Assembly: GCF_009914755.1 (NCBI RefSeq)
Contig: NC_060941.1
Strand: one strand, 5' to 3'
Origin: the human T2T-CHM13v2.0 reference genome, Homo sapiens
Length of the DNA stretch: 64,000 nucleotides
This document shows, one piece after another, positions 46,568-64,000 of the stretch. The notes beneath the pieces are model-generated. The model saw only the letters and a list, made by a program, of their open reading frames with translations. It made no database searches and was not told the origin of the DNA. Both the position numbers and the translations under genes were made by a program. How positions within the stretch are numbered: position 1 is the stretch's first letter; the number at the start of each line of letters is the position of its first letter.

Positions 46568-46719
46568 GCGTTGTTCAAGTACAGCAGAAAGTCCTGGGTA
46601 TCATTCCATCAAGTACAGGTACCAGTCAGCAAACCTTTACTTCATTCCAGCCCAGGACAGCAACAGTCACAATTAGGCCCAATACCTCAGGCTCTGGAGG
46701 AACCACAAGCAATTCACAA
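46568..46719 (+). CDS. BPTF: BPTF coding exon, 152 nt, phase 1-0 (GVVQVQQKVLGIIPSS...TTSNSQ)
   Basis: Acceptor tctttttttaag| and donor CAA|gtaaga. Confidence 0.95.
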
Positions 46720-47065
46720 GTAAGAATTCTTACAGACTTATTTGGTTTGATGTGTTGAGCACATCACATTATTTTTAGAATGACTTCTTCCAAGATTAAT
46801 CCAACTCAGTTTCCTTTGCCTATTACTGAATCTGTGACAGAGTACTGATTTGGAAAAAAATCTGTTATATTTCTGATAAGTGAAAATGATACATGAAGTA
46901 TTAATGTCTAACAGTTAATGACACATTAGTATGGTTTATGAAGAATAATAATTGCTTTCTAGGATTTTATAAAGAAAATTTCTTTATGTAAAACAGTGGA
47001 CAGCACTAGACCACCCACGGAAGTGTGCTGTGCAGGCTCGCTAAGAAATCAAATTTAAAATGCTG

Positions 47066-48735
<1,670 letters not shown>

Positions 48736-49142
48736 TTTTAAAAAACTATGAAAGAACATTTGGTTTCTGATCTTCCTGTTATATTCTGTGGGTTACAGGT
48801 ATGGTCTGGAGCTTACAGAAAGTGCGACTCCACATTTTCCTGTGAGCACTAGTTACAGAGCAGAGCCTCGCTGGCACATGCTCCTTCCTTTTATTCCATA
48901 GGCTATTTTGGTATCAGTGGCAGGGAATTTTGTATGATAGCATTTGAATTAAGTTTTCTTTCCTCAAAATTCCGTCTTTATTCTGATGTTTAATACAATT
49001 TAAAATGTAATGTTCAAGAGCCCCTGTCATTCCTGTAAACATTTTTATTAATATAGAATGTTTAAAGATCTTGTGTTCTAAGTCCATTATACTTTAATCT
49101 TTTTAAAGCATTTTAATTCATTGTTCTTTGTGTCATTTATAG

Positions 49143-49251
49143 GTAATCACAGGGCCTCAGATTCGCCCTGGTATGACCGTGATTAGAACACCACTCCAAC
49201 AGTCAACACTAGGAAAGGCAATTATTCGAACACCTGTGATGGTACAGCCAG
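49143..49251 (+). CDS. BPTF: BPTF coding exon, 109 nt, phase 0-1 (VITGPQIRPGMTVIRTPLQQSTLGKAIIRTPVMVQP)
   Basis: Acceptor catttatag| and donor CAG|gtattt. Confidence 0.95.
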
Positions 49252-49499
49252 GTATTTATCCATCCAGCATTATCATTTTACATCTCAACAGCCAGTCTAG
49301 GAAATACGTAATTCTCTGCATTTGGCACTACATACGAGAAATATAATTTTAATTAGTACTTCAAAGCATACTAAATTTCTAATCCATTGTGAGCTCTATT
49401 CATTGATATTATTTCATTTTGACATTGACAGTAAAATAGGTTGAAGTATGCTTATTAAAAATGTAACAGAAATCACTAATAAATAAAATATATAATTGA

Positions 49500-57199
<7,700 letters not shown>

Positions 57200-57671
57200 T
57201 CAAATAGCTGTAAGAGAAGCTTATTATAAATGCAGTTGGCCCAGAATATTCCAGATTCTTTATATTTTGTTTAAAATTCATATGAATTAATTTTTTATTA
57301 AATTAGCACTTATTTTTAATATTATATTCCTAAGAAAAGGCAGCCTTATAAATGGCATATTTTACACATTCTTTTTTGTCTTCCCTATTATCATTTTGGT
57401 TTTAGATTTATAGGAAGAATTTTAATTGGTTTTTTCCATTATCCTACAGACAGCAGAGACTGGATAACGGTTGGCAGTGAAAACAGACTCACTGCCAACC
57501 AGGCAGGACCTTTGGATGTGGGTATATGTCTGAATGTATCCTTAGGCTCTGAATATCCCAGTGTTTTTTTGAAGATGGAAAAGAATACGTTCATGTGAGG
57601 TGTTGAATTATTTCAATTCAAAATAATGCCAAGGGTGTATAAGCATTCATAATGTTTTGCTGTTTGGGTAG

Positions 57672-57889
57672 GTGCTCCTCAGCAAGTGATGACTCAAATC
57701 ATCAGGGGGCAGCCTGTCTCCACTGCAGTCTCCGCCCCTAACACGGTTTCCTCAACACCTGGGCAGAAAAGCTTAACTTCAGCAACGTCCACTTCAAATA
57801 TACAGTCTTCAGCCTCACAACCCCCTCGCCCCCAACAAGGACAAGTGAAGCTCACCATGGCTCAACTTACTCAGTTAACACAGGGCCAC
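57672..57889 (+). CDS. BPTF: BPTF coding exon, 218 nt, phase 1-0 (GAPQQVMTQIIRGQPV...QLTQLTQGH)
   Basis: Acceptor gtttgggtag| and donor CAC|gtaagt. Confidence 0.95.
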
Positions 57890-58129
57890 GTAAGTAACAT
57901 AAGCTTTATTTTAACTTTAGAGGTGATCTTATTTATTCTTGCGGTAAGTTTAAAAACATGAACTTATTTTGATACGTTTTTAAATGTGCTGATTTGAAGA
58001 AATGGTTGCTTCCTGGAGTCAAGCAGAAATACCTCTTAGACAGGATATAATAAACCCCAACTACTAGAGTAATCTTTAGACAGTGAGCTAAAACAGTGAG
58101 ACAGATAACCCTTTTAAACACCAAAATTT

Positions 58130-60490
<2,361 letters not shown>

Positions 60491-60834
60491 ATTTTAGAAA
60501 AGCAAGAGTAAATAAGTTTTGAGGGATTCACATGTATATGGAGCTTACTTAGTACATGGACTTTGCGCCATCAGTTTTGGTCATTGGGAGTTTAGGGGAT
60601 GGTTTTTACTTTTGCTTTCCAGTTCTCCAGCATGTTCCTGGTATTCAGGGTTTCTAGTTGAATTACAGTTCTGGACAGAAGAGACAGCGCCTAGAGAATT
60701 TTAAATTTCTGGACCCCTTTTTGGTAACTGCTCAGACCTTAGTGATCCTCCTTACTTGGTGTTTGCATTACATATCTAAAACCCTAAGCTTTTTACAGTT
60801 TAGCACACACACACCCCATAGGTAATTTGGCACG

Positions 60835-61035
60835 TATTGAAAGACAAAATTCAGGAGATCTAGGTTCCTTCTTTTATCTCACCTTTAAGTTGGCCAGGGT
60901 ACTTGACCTTTCTAACCTGAGTTTCTTAGTTGGGAATCAGAAGAATATTTTCTCTGCCTACCCCATAAAGTCACAAGTCCATTGTGAGAATCAAATGAGG
61001 CAGTATCTATGAAGATGCTTTTGAAATTGTAAAAT
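60835..61035 (+). mobile_element. MIR fragment
   Basis: ggagatctaggttc...acttgacctttctaacctgagtttc...gtgagaatcaaatgagg...tatgaagatgcttttgaaattgtaaa. Confidence 0.7.
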
Positions 61036-61381
61036 ATGAATATAAGATTATTTAAAATCAGAATTTTGTGGGGACTTTAGTTATTCAATACCTTTATTTT
61101 ATAGATTGGGAAACTTGGATCTGGAGGAACAGTGTTGCTTGTGGACAGATAACTGGCTGACCATTGGGGGAGCTTGAACTGGAACTCTGGATTGTTGATG
61201 TTTTTCCTACTAAGCAACATAAATATTCTTACTTTAGCTTATCTAAATTCCTGCTGGTGACATTCAAATATGTATTTTCATTATATTAAAAGATAATTAC
61301 ACATAAAAATGATTTAATAAAAATGATATACATACAGATTGATGCTTTGAACACTGTTTACATGTTGTGTTTTTTCCACAG

Positions 61382-61604
61382 GGTGGCAATCAAGGTTTGA
61401 CAGTAGTAATTCAAGGACAAGGTCAAACTACTGGACAGTTGCAGTTGATACCTCAAGGGGTGACTGTACTCCCAGGCCCAGGCCAGCAGCTAATGCAAGC
61501 TGCAATGCCAAATGGTACTGTTCAGCGATTCCTCTTTACCCCATTGGCAACAACAGCCACCACAGCCAGCACCACCACCACCACTGTTTCCACGACAGCA
61601 GCAG
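61382..61604 (+). CDS. BPTF: BPTF coding exon, 223 nt, phase 0-1 (GGNQGLTVVIQGQGQTTGQLQLIPQG...VSTTAA)
   Basis: Acceptor tttttccacag| and donor CAG|gtagag. Confidence 0.95.
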
Positions 61605-62282
61605 GTAGAGCTGTGGGTTTATCGGAAATGTCGGATGTTACTACTACACGTGGCTGGGCTAACAGAGGCCAACAGGAGAACCAGTATTTACCTTTGGAAG
61701 GATATGCCTCAAGCCAGTGAGCTCAACAGTTGACATAGTCAGCCTCACAACGTCTCGAAGCTTTTGTACCCTATTCTTACAGACTCCCTGTTACCACCAC
61801 CCTCTCCCTCCTATTAAAAAAGAGAGAGAGAGAAAGGGGGCAGAAATAATGGTTATCTTGGTAACTATGCCCACACTTACTCCTTGCTAAGCCTTGTAGG
61901 TGCTGATTCAGTCATGGAGGTGATCTCAGGGAGGGTGGGTAAATCCAGTTCATGACCTGAGATTGAGAGTGGGTCCAGAACCACTTTGTTGACCTTCTGC
62001 TGCAAGTCATTGTAACTAACTACCACCACATCATGGGAGAAAAGTGAAGCGTGGCAATTAGCCTGGGCCAGATGACCCAGCTGATTTCCAGAGGCTGCAA
62101 CTTACTTTGGAAACCAGCCCTCTAGAGTTAGGAGAGTGTACAGGGGACAGCCAAGAGTGTACAGGGCCCAGGCTTCCCAGTTTCAGAGCGTCCTGCCCTA
62201 AGCGTGTCCAAATGGAGCATTTCAAAGGCATAGACCTTCTGTACCAAAATACAAAATTCTCAACTTTATTTACTTTATTTAT

Positions 62283-62547
62283 TTTTTCGAGACAGGGTCT
62301 TGCTCTGTCGCCCAGGCTGAAGCGAAGTAGCACCATTACTGCTTACTGCAGCCTTGAACTCCTGGACGCAAGCAATCCTCCCACCTCAGCCTCCCACGTA
62401 GCTTGGACCATAGCCATGCTCCACTATGCTCAGATAATTTTTTATTTTTTTTGTTTTTGTGTAGAGACGGGGTCTCACTATGTTGCTCAAACGATCCTCC
62501 CACCTCAACGTCCCAAGGTGCACAGGTGTGAGCCACCACGCCTGGCC
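62283..62547 (-). mobile_element. Antisense AluJ-like element ~100 bp upstream of the 917-nt exon
   Basis: Reverse-complement Alu with an internal deletion; TSD-like aattctcaactt on both sides. Confidence 0.9.
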
Positions 62548-62643
62548 AGAATTCTCAACTTCAGAAGATTTCCTTCAGATTCTTCTTTAACCACAGTTTT
62601 ATGTTCCAGAGTAATAGAAATGGTTCATCTTTCCTTTTTACAG

Positions 62644-63560
62644 GTACAGGTGAACAAAGGCAGAGTAAACTGTCACCCCAGATGCAGGTACATCAAGACA
62701 AAACCCTGCCACCAGCTCAGTCATCAAGTGTGGGTCCAGCAGAAGCCCAGCCACAGACTGCTCAGCCTTCAGCTCAGCCCCAGCCCCAAACCCAGCCCCA
62801 GTCCCCAGCTCAGCCTGAAGTTCAGACTCAGCCTGAAGTTCAGACCCAAACAACTGTTTCATCCCATGTCCCTTCTGAAGCACAACCCACCCACGCACAG
62901 TCATCCAAGCCCCAAGTTGCAGCACAGTCTCAGCCTCAAAGTAATGTCCAAGGACAGTCTCCTGTTCGTGTCCAAAGTCCATCACAGACTCGAATACGTC
63001 CATCAACTCCATCCCAACTGTCTCCTGGACAACAATCCCAGGTTCAGACTACAACCTCACAACCGATTCCAATTCAACCACATACATCTCTTCAGATACC
63101 TTCCCAAGGCCAGCCACAGTCACAACCCCAGGTACAGTCTTCAACTCAAACTCTTTCATCAGGACAAACTTTAAATCAAGTTACTGTTTCATCCCCATCC
63201 CGTCCTCAGCTACAAATACAGCAGCCACAGCCCCAAGTCATTGCTGTGCCTCAGCTGCAACAACAAGTCCAGGTTCTCTCTCAGATCCAGTCACAGGTTG
63301 TGGCTCAGATACAGGCTCAGCAAAGTGGTGTGCCCCAGCAAATCAAACTCCAGTTACCTATCCAAATTCAGCAAAGCAGTGCTGTGCAGACTCACCAGAT
63401 TCAGAATGTGGTTACAGTGCAGGCAGCCAGTGTGCAAGAGCAGTTGCAAAGGGTTCAGCAACTCAGGGATCAGCAGCAAAAGAAGAAACAGCAACAGATA
63501 GAAATTAAGCGTGAACACACCCTCCAAGCTTCTAATCAAAGTGAAATCATTCAGAAACAG
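62644..63560 (+). CDS. BPTF: BPTF Gln/Pro-rich coding exon, 917 nt, phase 1-0 (GTGEQRQSKLSPQ...SEIIQKQ), with an internal alternative donor at 63132
   Basis: Acceptor ttcctttttacag| and donor CAG|gtaaag. Matches ORF 62601..63620. Confidence 0.96.
62811..62846 (+). repeat. Coding 18-bp tandem repeat x2 (QPEVQT QPEVQT)
   Basis: cagcctgaagttcagact / cagcctgaagttcagacc. Confidence 0.95.
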
Positions 63561-64000
63561 GTAAAGTTATTAAGTAAAAGCAGCATGTTCAGTAGCTTGA
63601 ATTATTGTGCTGTGCAGTAGAATTAGTGTTTGGTTGTGTTAGGTTTCCTAAATGAGACAAAGTCATTAATGTTTAAATTTAGAAGAAACACTGAATTGAC
63701 CAAAAAAAATACTGAATGACTACTGTGGTGTGGAACACTTCGTTAGATACATATAATATATAGTCAGTGCTTATTAGGAATGACCTGTATTTTGGGAGGA
63801 CTAAGATGGGAAGAATGGAGTTATGAGCTTTAATCTTTAATATAAAACTTGAGGGTTTAACTAAGTTTTAAAGCCACTTCAGACATTATAGCAATTCCTT
63901 TAAAGTTATTGAAAGTTGTCATTCCTTAGTTTGCATGTAGACTATGCAAATTATAGACAGATTAAACTCATTTGCATTTCTAGCCACACCTTTGTAAAAA

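Noticed and set aside
61605-61720. In-frame read-through after the 223-nt exon (GRAVGLSEM...)
   Set aside because: The peptide is not BPTF-like, there is no convincing in-frame downstream donor, and the length is within chance.
62107-62643. N-terminal half of the 355-aa ORF as a separate gene
   Set aside because: It starts at TTG in an intron and runs through an antisense Alu, so it is a chance fusion with the exon's alternative frame.

Overview
Human-type (primate), Alu-dense genomic DNA. It covers the middle of BPTF (FALZ/FAC1, the largest subunit of the NURF chromatin remodeller) on the + strand. I read 19 coding exons with GT-AG boundaries and consistent reading phases from 3354 to 63560. 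They include a 2311-nt low-complexity exon, WHIM/WSD-type motif exons, a 162-nt cassette exon and a 917-nt Q/P-rich exon with an internal alternative donor. The gene start and end (DDT/PHD1 and PHD2-bromodomain parts) lie outside the window. Introns contain roughly 70 Alu copies or fragments, plus old L1, L2, MIR, MLT1 and MER58 remnants. Almost all short ORFs in the track are Alu or L1 artefacts. I see no prokaryotic features, RNA genes or CRISPR, and no clearly new biological system. The best leads concern splicing and genome evolution: a 167-bp upstream duplicate of an exon end plus donor, a tandem duplication that builds a poison or terminal exon, an apparently fossil in-frame exon extension, a hairpin-containing candidate in-frame exon, an unexplained 1.3-kb insert splitting an old L1, and an Alu-plus-spacer tandem array. 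Repeat boundaries are approximate and subfamily calls are by eye.
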